This document shows positions 43,777 to 52,996 of a stretch of 64,000 nt of DNA, piece by piece (position 1 is the first letter of the stretch; every line of letters begins with the position of its first letter). Made by a program: the position numbers and the translations under genes. The stretch is from a virus. The notes below the pieces were generated by a model. The model was given only the letters and a program-made list of their open reading frames with translations, was not told the DNA's origin and ran no database searches. The stretch lies in IMG/VR virus record IMGVR_UViG_3300031673_009915. One strand, given 5' to 3'.

Positions 43777-46328
43777 TATTTTTCTCCAACACCTCTAAAA
43801 TCAATTACTTCTTCCATCTCTGCCCAATTTCCATTTATTTTAGAACATTCTATGTTTACTGATAAAGGTACAATTATCCATGTCCAAAATTTTTTAATAT
43901 CCTGTGTCATAATTTTATTTAAACATGTTATTATTTGAATTTTTTCTTCTGGAATAACATCAAGAATAATTGAATCATGTATCTGTCCAGTTATTTTACT
44001 TTTAAATTTATTTCTTTTTAAAATTTTCTGTAATTCAATTAAACTCCATAACAGACAATGAAATGCACTTCCTTGAATAGGATAATTTATGACTTCATTT
44101 TTTGTCATAAATCCCTTATAAATAAATCCAGATAAACTTTCTACAAAACCATTTTTTTCATACATACTATACCATTTATTTTTCCAAGAATCATATATTT
44201 TAAATTTTTCTTTCCAAAATCTATTTTCAACATCTTTTATATGATTTTCAAAACTTATATAATTTTTTATTCCATTTATTTTTAAATGAGATTTAGTTTC
44301 TTTCTCCATTTTATCCCACAATCCATGAGCACAATTTTTATAATAATCTCCATAAAATTGAGGAAATACAAAATTATTTTTTGCTAAATATCTATTATAT
44401 TTTGAAATTTTCTCTTTCTCCATTAAAAAAATTTCCACCGCCTGATCTCTGTGCATGTCTGTTGTCAAATCTTTTATATATTTTATCATTTCAGTATCTT
44501 TATGATAACAAGCAGAAATACATACTTCAATCTGACTATAATCAGCTTCTAATAAAATATTGTTTTTGCTTGGAATTATTCCTTTTCGAGTCATTTTTTG
44601 AGCTTCTTTATTTCGACTAGGAATATTTTGAAAATTTGGATTATTCGAACTACTTCTATAAGATCGAACTGTATTTAAATTATACATAGAATGAATTTTA
44701 TCTTCATATTCTTCTGAAATAAATCCTTCTAAATATGTATTTTTTATTTTTTCTAATTTTCTCATTTCAATAATTTTTTTAGTAAAAGGAATATTTAATT
44801 TTTCTAAAGATTCATAATCAGCAGAATTATTTCCTTTCTTTGTTTCCTTCTGACATTTATATTTCAAAATATCAAATAATAAAATTCTTAATTGATCTGA
44901 TGAATTTAAATTAAATTGTTTATCTTTATATTTTTTTGGTTTAGATTTTTCCCATAATTTTATTTCTTCTGAATAAGTTAATTCTTTTTTTATTTTTTTA
45001 ATCTTTTCAATTATATCTAATTGTTGTTTCTTAAAATATTCTTTATCAATATAAATTCCATTTCGTTCCATAATAGAAAACACAAGAGCACCTTCATGAA
45101 ATAAATAATTATTCCGAATAATATTTTTTTGTTTCTTAAATAATCTATAAGTATATAAAGAATCTAATCCATTATATAATAACACATCTTTTATATCTAA
45201 TTCTTCAATCTTATTTAAAGCATTTCCATTTTCAGCTTTTAAATATTTAGAAATTTTATCATCATACCCCATATTTCCAAAATTTATATATGTCTGAAAT
45301 TTTAATCCTGTAATTCTAGATCGGTTATCTAAGATATGACACATCAATTGTGTATCCCAATACCAATTTTTTATTAAACAATTTAATTTTTCATTTATCC
45401 ATGTATTTTCAAATTTCATATTATGAGCAATCTTCTTTATTTCTTTATTTCTCATAAATTTTTTTAATTCTAATAGAAATTCTTTATTTTTAAAAAAAGG
45501 AAAAGACACCGCTTTATTTTCATCCATACAAAATGAAATTGATATAATTTTTTGTTGTTCAGAATAAGGTTTTAATCCTGTTGTCTCTATATCAAAAGCA
45601 ATTTCTGATCCAGGTAATATTCCTTGCAAAAAAATAATTGCTATAAAAGGATTATCAATTATTTCAATTTTCTTTTCATCATTAGAATAATCTGTGCATA
45701 TTTCCTCGTGTTCTATTATCTCTTTTATATTATTATAAAATAATTTTTCAAACACAGTTCCCTTATTTCTAAGTATATAAGCAGGATGATACACAGGATA
45801 TATCCAACATTTTAATACTGGATCTGGAATTTTCCATCCTATCCATTTCTCAATGCCTTCAATATGAATTCTTTCTCCTATTAAAGATTGCAAAGCTATT
45901 TTTCCTAAAATAATAATTTTTTCAGGATTATATTTTTCTATAATTTTAAATAAATTTTTTCTACAAGATGCGATTTGTAAATTAGTCGGTGTTTTGTTTT
46001 CTTTTGGGCGACATATCACAGCATTTGTTTTCCAACAATCTCTATCTAAATCAATATTATGTTCTTTAAGAATTTTTCTTAAATAACGTCCTGATTCTCC
46101 TATAAGTTGAATTCCCTGTTCATCCTCTTTTCTTCCTGGAGCTTCTGCAATTATTAAAATCTTTTTTCTACCTTTTCCAGTAGGTTGCATTTTTGGAGAA
46201 ATACAATTTTTATATAGTCCACAAGATTCACAAGAATAGTTTTCTTTTTTTTCAGAAGGAGTTTCCTTTCTTCCTCTTTTTCTTTTTTTATCTTCTTTCT
46301 TTTCTATTTGGTAGAAAAATCCTTTCAT
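43776..46328 (-). CDS. family A DNA polymerase fused to an N-terminal family-4 UDG-like domain
   Basis: UDG4 motifs are a Cys cluster, IIAEAPGRKEDEQG and VYHPAYILR. A 3'-5' exo region follows. PolA motif A is LEADYSQIEV, motif B RYLAKNNFVFPQFYG and motif C GQIHDSIILD. Confidence 0.85.
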   Translation of the reverse strand: MKGFFYQIEKKEDKKRKRGRKETPSEKKENYSCESCGLYKNCISPKMQPTGKGRKKILIIAEAPGRKEDEQGIQLIGESGRYLRKILKEHNIDLDRDCWKTNAVICRPKENKTPTNLQIASCRKNLFKIIEKYNPEKIIILGKIALQSLIGERIHIEGIEKWIGWKIPDPVLKCWIYPVYHPAYILRNKGTVFEKLFYNNIKEIIEHEEICTDYSNDEKKIEIIDNPFIAIIFLQGILPGSEIAFDIETTGLKPYSEQQKIISISFCMDENKAVSFPFFKNKEFLLELKKFMRNKEIKKIAHNMKFENTWINEKLNCLIKNWYWDTQLMCHILDNRSRITGLKFQTYINFGNMGYDDKISKYLKAENGNALNKIEELDIKDVLLYNGLDSLYTYRLFKKQKNIIRNNYLFHEGALVFSIMERNGIYIDKEYFKKQQLDIIEKIKKIKKELTYSEEIKLWEKSKPKKYKDKQFNLNSSDQLRILLFDILKYKCQKETKKGNNSADYESLEKLNIPFTKKIIEMRKLEKIKNTYLEGFISEEYEDKIHSMYNLNTVRSYRSSSNNPNFQNIPSRNKEAQKMTRKGIIPSKNNILLEADYSQIEVCISACYHKDTEMIKYIKDLTTDMHRDQAVEIFLMEKEKISKYNRYLAKNNFVFPQFYGDYYKNCAHGLWDKMEKETKSHLKINGIKNYISFENHIKDVENRFWKEKFKIYDSWKNKWYSMYEKNGFVESLSGFIYKGFMTKNEVINYPIQGSAFHCLLWSLIELQKILKRNKFKSKITGQIHDSIILDVIPEEKIQIITCLNKIMTQDIKKFWTWIIVPLSVNIECSKINGNWAEMEEVIDFRGVGEK

Positions 46329-46340
46329 TTATTTATCCTA

Positions 46341-46529
46341 TTAAATATTCTGCGTAAAGAATATGATCGAATAATACTTATCAACTTTCAAAGCTCGCTT
46401 GACAATGCATTTTTGAAAACCAAATAATTTTTTATTTAATTGATTTTCATCTACATCAAAGCCAGATTCAAGTATATTTTTCTTTTTATTTTTCAAAAAG
46501 ATTTCATAATTATTCATAATTATCCTCAT
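46341..46529 (-). pseudogene. possible remnant of a helicase N-terminus (62-aa ORF)
   Basis: ..ESGFDVDENQLNKKLFGFQKCIVKRALK.. resembles the region just before motif I of SF2 helicases, but the ORF stops before any P-loop. It sits at a compositional boundary. Confidence 0.25.
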
Positions 46530-47550
46530 AACAAGATAAGGATATTAAATGCTCAAAGTTGTCTCCTTGAAATAAAATCCGATTATTTCCGATAATTGCC
46601 TTTTTTGTAAAACCCAAAATAAATTCAAAAAAAGAAGGGTTAATATCAAACTCCAGAGATTTATTACAATCAATTTCCAAGGAGTGTTCAATCCATCCGT
46701 TCATATTTTCCCCTCTGCATTTTATAATATTATTCTCAATTTTAACTTTAATTTTTTGATCCTTAATAATGGCTTCCGTAAATACCTTACATGCCCCTAC
46801 AAAATCTTTCATTCGGGAAGGAAATTCAATCACATCCTTCCCAGTTATTTGAAATAAATTACTAGTTTCAGGAAAATTATGTTCAATTCCTCTTAAGAAA
46901 AAAATAATTCCTTCCTGTCCTTTAAATAAAATCCACCCATCAAAAAACGAAAAATCTGTCAAATTTGAAATTTTGGATAATTCAATTGCAGAGGATAATG
47001 GAATCAAAAAGGAATTGCTTAAAGTTGAACACATCCTAAATTTACTTATTCTAAAATTATCAGAACTTATCAGGAAATTATCCTGACAAAAAATACAATT
47101 CAAAGCTCCCATTGAAATATCCTTGGCAACACTAAACAAAGTCATTCTAATTGCATCATTAAAATTAGCTGGGAGAGGATTCCATTGTTTAATTAAGGTT
47201 TGTTTAGGAATGGTATTTAATATATTTGCCTTATCTTCAAATGTCCGAATTTCCGCCTGTATAATTCCTCCCTGAGCTTCCCCACGTAAGGAAATTTTAT
47301 CATTCTTTTTGGCAATGTGAATATCTTCCGCTCCAAATTTTTCAACCAAATCAAATAATTCCTTTGATGGAATTAAGCATTTCAAATCATTTTTTAATGG
47401 GTGTCCCGTTCCTATCCTTCCATTAAAGCCCCAAATCATATCCTCGGTAAAAATAAACATTCCATATTCCTCAAGAATACCCTTGTATGAAATTGCTGGA
47501 TAAATAATTTTTAAAATTTCATTCAACACTTTTCTTTGAATTATCATCAT
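46510..47550 (-). CDS. putative sliding clamp (beta-clamp-like)
   Basis: 346 aa, which is the size of a three-domain clamp. Located next to the polymerase and clamp loader. No diagnostic motif was read. Confidence 0.45.
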   Translation of the reverse strand: MMIIQRKVLNEILKIIYPAISYKGILEEYGMFIFTEDMIWGFNGRIGTGHPLKNDLKCLIPSKELFDLVEKFGAEDIHIAKKNDKISLRGEAQGGIIQAEIRTFEDKANILNTIPKQTLIKQWNPLPANFNDAIRMTLFSVAKDISMGALNCIFCQDNFLISSDNFRISKFRMCSTLSNSFLIPLSSAIELSKISNLTDFSFFDGWILFKGQEGIIFFLRGIEHNFPETSNLFQITGKDVIEFPSRMKDFVGACKVFTEAIIKDQKIKVKIENNIIKCRGENMNGWIEHSLEIDCNKSLEFDINPSFFEFILGFTKKAIIGNNRILFQGDNFEHLISLSCYEDNYE

Positions 47551-47692
47551 ACACCTCTTTAAGTAATTTTAGCCATATATCCTTAAAATAATAGGACTGT
47601 AATCTATTCCAAAAAGCAAATCTCTTGGATAATTCCTGTTCTCTTCCTTTTTTACAAAGTACTGTAAAACCAGTTGCCAAATAAATTTTCAT
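47519..47692 (-). CDS. hypothetical small protein (57 aa, start trimmed)
   Basis: MKIYLATGFTVLCKKGREQELSKRF.. The longer ORF would overlap the DpdA gene. Confidence 0.35.
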   Translation of the reverse strand: MKIYLATGFTVLCKKGREQELSKRFAFWNRLQSYYFKDIWLKLLKEVYDDNSKKSVE

Positions 47693-47699
47693 ATCAATC

Positions 47700-48539
47700 C
47701 TAATGAATGTTTTTTTTCCTGTTCCACAAAGGCCAGGGCCAGGAAGGTAAATTTTTTTCAAGATCAATAAAATAAATAATATTTAGTTCATCTCTTTTCA
47801 TATAGTCCTTCGCCAATTGTTCCTCCGTAAATCCTTTTTCGTATATGTATTCCAAAATTTTTTCTCTCTCCCTTATTAAAAAATTTGATAAATGACAATC
47901 CTCAAAATTTCTGGAATTAGCTTTTTCCGATACATCTATTTTATAGGGAGTGGACATATAATCATATTTTCCACATTTATTTTTTGGTACAAAAATGGAA
48001 CCAAACCTCCCTGTCATAACCCAGGAAGTAGAATCAACTGAATACCAAGGGTATCTAATCAATATACTTATAGAAGATACTCCAAAACCGTGGAATTTAA
48101 CTCTCGGAAAGCCTCTATCATCTATAATATAATCCATTACAACATCAAGCCATTCTATTTTTTGATTGGTAGTTTTGTCATTGGAAGGACTTATACCAAT
48201 ATAGTCCATTTCAGCAATCATTTTATTAAGCCATTCAAAATCCTCTCCTTGATGAAAAACATGAATCAATTTTTCCTTAGGAATACCTCGACCTATCATA
48301 TAATAATAATTATCGTATCCTTTTCTTGCAGAAAATTCTATTTGATCCTTAGTAGGTGGAATACCTGGTTTTCCGGGAATAACATCTAAATTTACCACAT
48401 AATCAAAATATTCATTGTATTGAAGAATAAAATCAATGTAAATATCTATATCAATCTCTATGCTTTTATTCCATGCGGAAAATGCACCCGAATCCAATAG
48501 CAATGATTTATTTTTATTTTTCATAGGAAGATTTGACAT
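47700..48539 (-). CDS. dpdA: DpdA-like DNA (7-deazaguanine) transglycosylase, TGT superfamily
   Basis: 279 aa with N-terminal LLLDSGAFSAW. Co-operonic with queC/D/E/F and folE. Confidence 0.6.
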   Translation of the reverse strand: MSNLPMKNKNKSLLLDSGAFSAWNKSIEIDIDIYIDFILQYNEYFDYVVNLDVIPGKPGIPPTKDQIEFSARKGYDNYYYMIGRGIPKEKLIHVFHQGEDFEWLNKMIAEMDYIGISPSNDKTTNQKIEWLDVVMDYIIDDRGFPRVKFHGFGVSSISILIRYPWYSVDSTSWVMTGRFGSIFVPKNKCGKYDYMSTPYKIDVSEKANSRNFEDCHLSNFLIREREKILEYIYEKGFTEEQLAKDYMKRDELNIIYFIDLEKNLPSWPWPLWNRKKNIH

Positions 48540-48927
48540 TCAGTTTTATTCCCCCTCTTGAATTGAATTCTGATAATACAACCATGGATAATGGACCGCA
48601 CACCTTGACCAAATCAAAAAGAATAGTATTGTTAATAGTCTCCATAAATGAAGGATGACTCCGAAATGAAAATAAATATAATTTTAATGACTTGGTTTCA
48701 ATACAACTTTGGTCAGGAATATACCGTATCGTTATTGTTGCATAGTCGGGCTGAGAGGTCTTTGGACATAGAGATGTAAATTCCGATGTAATTATCTCTA
48801 TTTCATATTTAATTCCCACAAATTGATTTTGAAAAACTTCAAGAATATTTTCTGAAGGTGTGTCAAATTTATATTCTGTTTTTTTATTTCCAAGAACATT
48901 CAAATGAGAAACATCATCTTTTTTCAT
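48514..48927 (-). CDS. queF: NADPH-dependent 7-cyano-7-deazaguanine (preQ0) reductase
   Basis: [38 protein letters not shown] closely parallels B. subtilis QueF [38 protein letters not shown]. Confidence 0.85.
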   Translation of the reverse strand: [137 protein letters not shown]

Positions 48928-48930
48928 TAC

Positions 48931-49641
48931 TTATATCCTCTCATTCATAATTTTATTATATTCCTTTCGTTGTGATAGAAATATAGGATCCTCGATTCCC
49001 GCTTCTTCAAATCCTTTTGATCTGAGGATACAAGAAGGACATTTTCCACAAGGCGGATATACTCCTTCATAACAAGTATGACTATAGGCAAGAGATTCCA
49101 TACAACCTTTAAGTGTCCTTGCCATCAAAATTGATTCTGCTTTCGTTTTCCACATCAATGGTGTGTGAATGGTAAATTCATAGTTCATTGCCAAAGACAG
49201 GCTTACCTGGAAACTTTTAATCGTGTTGTCCCGACAATCAGGATATCCCGAATAATCCATTTGGCATACTCCGCATACGATATCTGAAATACCTAGTGGA
49301 AATGCCTTCATGGCTGCTATGGTAAGCATATAGATATTTCTACCAGGAACGAAAGAAGCAGGCAAATCCTGTGCTGACCTATGTTTCCCATTTATAATCA
49401 TTTCTCTATTCGTAAAAAATAGAGCTGAATCAGCTATACCTTTCATAAGAATATCATGCATTTCAATCAATTCAATTTCCATCCTCTGTGAAATAATTCG
49501 TGCACTCTGTATCTCCAACCTATGGCGTTGTCCATAATCAATGTTCAACGCCAAAATATCTTCAAAATTTTCTTTCGCCCAATGCAGGCAAATGGTAGAA
49601 TCTTGTCCTCCTGAAAATAATACAAGAGCTTTCTTTTTCAT
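48931..49641 (-). CDS. queC: 7-cyano-7-deazaguanine synthase
   Basis: LVLFSGGQDSTICL PP-loop, DYGQRH, and the C-terminal Zn cluster C..CGKCPSC. Confidence 0.85.
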   Translation of the reverse strand: MKKKALVLFSGGQDSTICLHWAKENFEDILALNIDYGQRHRLEIQSARIISQRMEIELIEMHDILMKGIADSALFFTNREMIINGKHRSAQDLPASFVPGRNIYMLTIAAMKAFPLGISDIVCGVCQMDYSGYPDCRDNTIKSFQVSLSLAMNYEFTIHTPLMWKTKAESILMARTLKGCMESLAYSHTCYEGVYPPCGKCPSCILRSKGFEEAGIEDPIFLSQRKEYNKIMNERI

Positions 49642-49650
49642 TCCATCCTC

Positions 49651-50547
49651 CTATGATAATAATTTCATCAATTCTTCACGAGTATCTTGATTCTCTAAAA
49701 AAATACCTTTTAAAGAAGAAGTTACCATTTTTGAATTCTGTTTCTGTATTCCTCTCATCTGCATACATAGATGTTGTGCCTCTATTATACATGCCGCACC
49801 CAAAGGATCTAATTCATTCATAAGAAATTCAGTCACCTGGTTTCCAATTCGTTCCTGTATCTGAAGTCGTCTTGCGAATATTTCCAATATTCGCGCCAAC
49901 TTGGATATACCAACAATCTTTTCTTTTGGAATATATGCGATATGAGCTTTTCCAATGAAGGGCGACATATGATGCTCACACATACTATATAGTTCAATAT
50001 CCTTCAGAAGGATAATCGCATCATATCCCTCAGATCCAAATATCTTAATTTCCTTTTTAGGATCCCTATTATAACCAGAATATAATTCTTTCCACGAATT
50101 AACTACCCTTTTTGGAGTTTCTTGGAGACCTTCTCTATTGATATCTTCACCTATATATTGTAATTGCCTAATCACAGAATCTTGAATTGATCGGTATTCC
50201 TCTTCTCCCTCCCAAAAATAATGAACCCACTCATCTACTTCATACAACCACCGTGTCCTCTTTGACTTGATAAATCCTGTATTGATACTCTTATGAAGGG
50301 AGAAGAAATCATTTTTTGGAAAATAATTCCTTGTAGTCCCTCTGTCAATAATGTCATCTACTACTAATGTCTTTTCACTAATTTTATCCTTCAATACAAT
50401 AGGAAGATTCATTTCTTTTGATAATGCAACACCAAAACACATCCCTCCTCGGGGAACTGGGTATATACTTGTATATTCTGAAGATGCAAGAGATTTAGCA
50501 ATTGTTATTACATCAGAAAGTAATTGGGGTGCAGTATAATTTTTCAT
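49651..50547 (-). CDS. folE: fusion: type I phosphoribosyltransferase-like domain + GTP cyclohydrolase I
   Basis: N-terminal PRPP motif LVVDDIIDRGTT. The C-terminal part has REGLQETPKRV, SMCEHHMSPF, GISKLARI, QIQERIGNQ and HLCMQMRGI (GCH-I). Confidence 0.8.
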   Translation of the reverse strand: MKNYTAPQLLSDVITIAKSLASSEYTSIYPVPRGGMCFGVALSKEMNLPIVLKDKISEKTLVVDDIIDRGTTRNYFPKNDFFSLHKSINTGFIKSKRTRWLYEVDEWVHYFWEGEEEYRSIQDSVIRQLQYIGEDINREGLQETPKRVVNSWKELYSGYNRDPKKEIKIFGSEGYDAIILLKDIELYSMCEHHMSPFIGKAHIAYIPKEKIVGISKLARILEIFARRLQIQERIGNQVTEFLMNELDPLGAACIIEAQHLCMQMRGIQKQNSKMVTSSLKGIFLENQDTREELMKLLS

Positions 50548-50556
50548 AAGTCTCCT

Positions 50557-51189
50557 CTATCTCATTCCTATATATTTATGTAATTGTATATTGAGTTGTA
50601 CAAAATAATATTTATTTGCCTGTAACCAATCACATATAATTAAAGGTTCTAATTCTCCATGAATCGGACTGATTATAATATTTACAAATGGATTAATATC
50701 ATGTATATAATGTATCCAATCTTGTTTTGCATATAAATCATCTAAATCTTTTACTATAAATTTAATAAAATCATATTTTGCCAAGTATCTAATATCTACT
50801 AAAAATAAATCGCGTGATTTAAAATCAATCACATAACTTATTTGATCTTTTCTAACCCACTCTGAAAAATAAATTATAGGAACTGATCCATTAGTTTCAA
50901 TTACTATTTTTTTTTCTTTCTCTAAAAAAAACATTATCAATGCTTCCAATTTTTGTTTTTGAAGAAAAGGTTCTCCTCCCGTAATTGTTATAATATCTGT
51001 TTTAATTTTAGGAATGTCTACAAATCTCATCAATGACCCTTCCTCTACATCTACAACATCACAATAATCACAAGACAAATTACATCCCGCAAAGCGAATG
51101 AAAGTGGAAATACTTCCTTGACCAAATGCATTACATTCACCATTTATTGAAGTAAAAATTTCTTTTATTTTCATTATTTTTTCTTCCAT
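50557..51189 (-). CDS. queE: 7-carboxy-7-deazaguanine synthase (radical SAM)
   Basis: IKEIFTSINGE..FIRFAGCNLSCDYCD CxxxCxxC cluster. Confidence 0.8.
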   Translation of the reverse strand: MEEKIMKIKEIFTSINGECNAFGQGSISTFIRFAGCNLSCDYCDVVDVEEGSLMRFVDIPKIKTDIITITGGEPFLQKQKLEALIMFFLEKEKKIVIETNGSVPIIYFSEWVRKDQISYVIDFKSRDLFLVDIRYLAKYDFIKFIVKDLDDLYAKQDWIHYIHDINPFVNIIISPIHGELEPLIICDWLQANKYYFVQLNIQLHKYIGMR

Positions 51190-51536
51190 TCTGCATAAGA
51201 ATTAGATGTTTCATATAATCGAATCCTTTCAAGACCTTCTTGAAATATTAAAAATAATTTTTTTTGAATCCATAAAACCAGAGTTTCACATGTAGGTATT
51301 TCAAACATATCATTTAAAAATTTATGATCTAATTGTTCAATTATACATTCATTCACAATCTTTTTCAAATCTCCAAAATCCATAATAAATGAAGAATAAT
51401 TTTTATAAGAACTAGGACATTTTGAAATTTCAATTTCTAATTTAAAGGAATGTCCGTGTATAAGAGCACATTTTCCTTTATAATCAGGTAAAAAATGAGC
51501 CGTTTCGAATTCAAATCTTTTCGTAATTGATAACAT
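51174..51536 (-). CDS. queD: 6-carboxy-5,6,7,8-tetrahydropterin synthase
   Basis: FEFETAHFLP..KCALIHGHSFKLEIEI is the PTPS/QueD signature. Confidence 0.8.
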   Translation of the reverse strand: MLSITKRFEFETAHFLPDYKGKCALIHGHSFKLEIEISKCPSSYKNYSSFIMDFGDLKKIVNECIIEQLDHKFLNDMFEIPTCETLVLWIQKKLFLIFQEGLERIRLYETSNSYAEWKKK

Positions 51537-51564
51537 ATATTTCTCCTATCTACATACTATATAC

Positions 51565-51593
51565 AATAAAATAATTATAACTAATAATGTCAA
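51565..51593 (-). promoter_or_regulatory. possible promoter of the que operon (good -35, weak -10)
   Basis: Reverse-complement TTGACATTAT at 51584-51593. After a 17-nt spacer the -10 reads TTTATT. Confidence 0.3.
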
Positions 51594-51610
51594 GTAAAAT
51601 CCATAAAAAT

Positions 51611-52981
51611 TTAAAATTTTTTCCAGGTGCTGTCCAAATGAGCTTTTCCTACAGCATATTGATAAATAACCGTAACTTCTTCTTCTGTTTGAAAATTCTC
51701 ATTTCGATTAGCTAACATAGAAATGCGCATGATCTGTTTTCTTTTTTCTTCTTTATTTTGATTTAAAGCCATCATGTGAGTAACATGAGCAAGTTTTCTA
51801 ATATCTTCCGCAATTTCTTCTTCGCTGATATCTTTCGTAAAAGTCGAACGAGTAGATTGACTCGATGTGATCAATAATCCATTTATCTCTTGCGCTAATG
51901 CTCTAGCAGAACTCCACGTATGGTCTATTCGATGTCGCGCATCTTTTGGACTATCTCTTTCAGGAGAAGATATATCAGCATAATCCCACACAATCACATC
52001 AGGAAAAAAATTATCATAATAGGCTAAATTATACACTTCTGTTCGGATATCATCTACATTCATTGATCGAGCAGGTCTACACAATAAACGCATTGCTCCT
52101 TTAACCATCATTTGCATTGCTTTGACTTTTTTTAAAGCTGCTTTAACAGTAATTCCTTTCTTCCGAACATTTTTATATTCAATCATTTCTTCCTCATTTA
52201 AATAAGGAATAGACACAGATTTAGAAGGTTTTTTTGTAGAGGAAAGAAAATTTTGATATAAACGCATGATCATTTGATTTCGAGGCATTTCCATACTAAT
52301 AAAAAGAACTTTTAAATCATTTAACATAGCTTGTATTGCAAATTCTTCAAGCCACCAACTTTTACCCCGCTTCATAGGGCCTATAATTCCAAAAAAGTCA
52401 CTTCTACATAAAGGTCCAATCAATTCACCAAGAGCACCAGGCATAGAAAATAAAATGTCTTCTTCATAATTTATTCCTGTTATTATTGCTTGTTTATCAT
52501 TTAACACATCAATTGAACTTGATAAAGGTCGTTGAACACGGACATGATTAGTAATACACAATTCAGCTTCGTCAATTTTTCCTGTATAAATATTCCCTTG
52601 AATTTTTTCAATAAGAATTTGTAAATTTCTTTCAGCTAAATATTTTTCTGCACTATCAATTAAAAATTGCTCATTAAAATTTTCTAATTTTTCATATTCC
52701 TGAGATAATTCAGATAAAAACTTTTCTATTATATTTTTATCTTCTTCTCTAAGATTTTCTTCGTTATATTTAAAAAGTTCTTCAATAATTTGTTTTGGAG
52801 CTTTTTTATATTTTTCAAAATATTCTATACACCATTTAGCAATTATTTTAGAATATGAACTTTGTAAATATTTTACTTTTAATATTTTAGAAATTTCTTG
52901 AATAAATCTATCCGAAACAATTAAACCAGTTATAACATTTTTTTCTGGTTTAGAATCAATAATCTTTTTTTCTATTTTCAT
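51611..52981 (-). CDS. DnaB-like replicative helicase
   Basis: 456 aa. Walker A GIIGPMKRGKSWW, then a RecA-like C-terminal domain (..LITSSQSTR..). Confidence 0.75.
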   Translation of the reverse strand: MKIEKKIIDSKPEKNVITGLIVSDRFIQEISKILKVKYLQSSYSKIIAKWCIEYFEKYKKAPKQIIEELFKYNEENLREEDKNIIEKFLSELSQEYEKLENFNEQFLIDSAEKYLAERNLQILIEKIQGNIYTGKIDEAELCITNHVRVQRPLSSSIDVLNDKQAIITGINYEEDILFSMPGALGELIGPLCRSDFFGIIGPMKRGKSWWLEEFAIQAMLNDLKVLFISMEMPRNQMIMRLYQNFLSSTKKPSKSVSIPYLNEEEMIEYKNVRKKGITVKAALKKVKAMQMMVKGAMRLLCRPARSMNVDDIRTEVYNLAYYDNFFPDVIVWDYADISSPERDSPKDARHRIDHTWSSARALAQEINGLLITSSQSTRSTFTKDISEEEIAEDIRKLAHVTHMMALNQNKEEKRKQIMRISMLANRNENFQTEEEVTVIYQYAVGKAHLDSTWKKF

Positions 52982-52996
52982 ATTTACCTTTTATTT

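Noticed and set aside
51555-51593. A strong promoter call for the que operon
   Set aside because: The -35 element is perfect (TTGACATTAT), but no good -10 lies at 16-18 nt. TATAAT-like hexamers are at the wrong spacing. It is kept as a low-confidence feature only.
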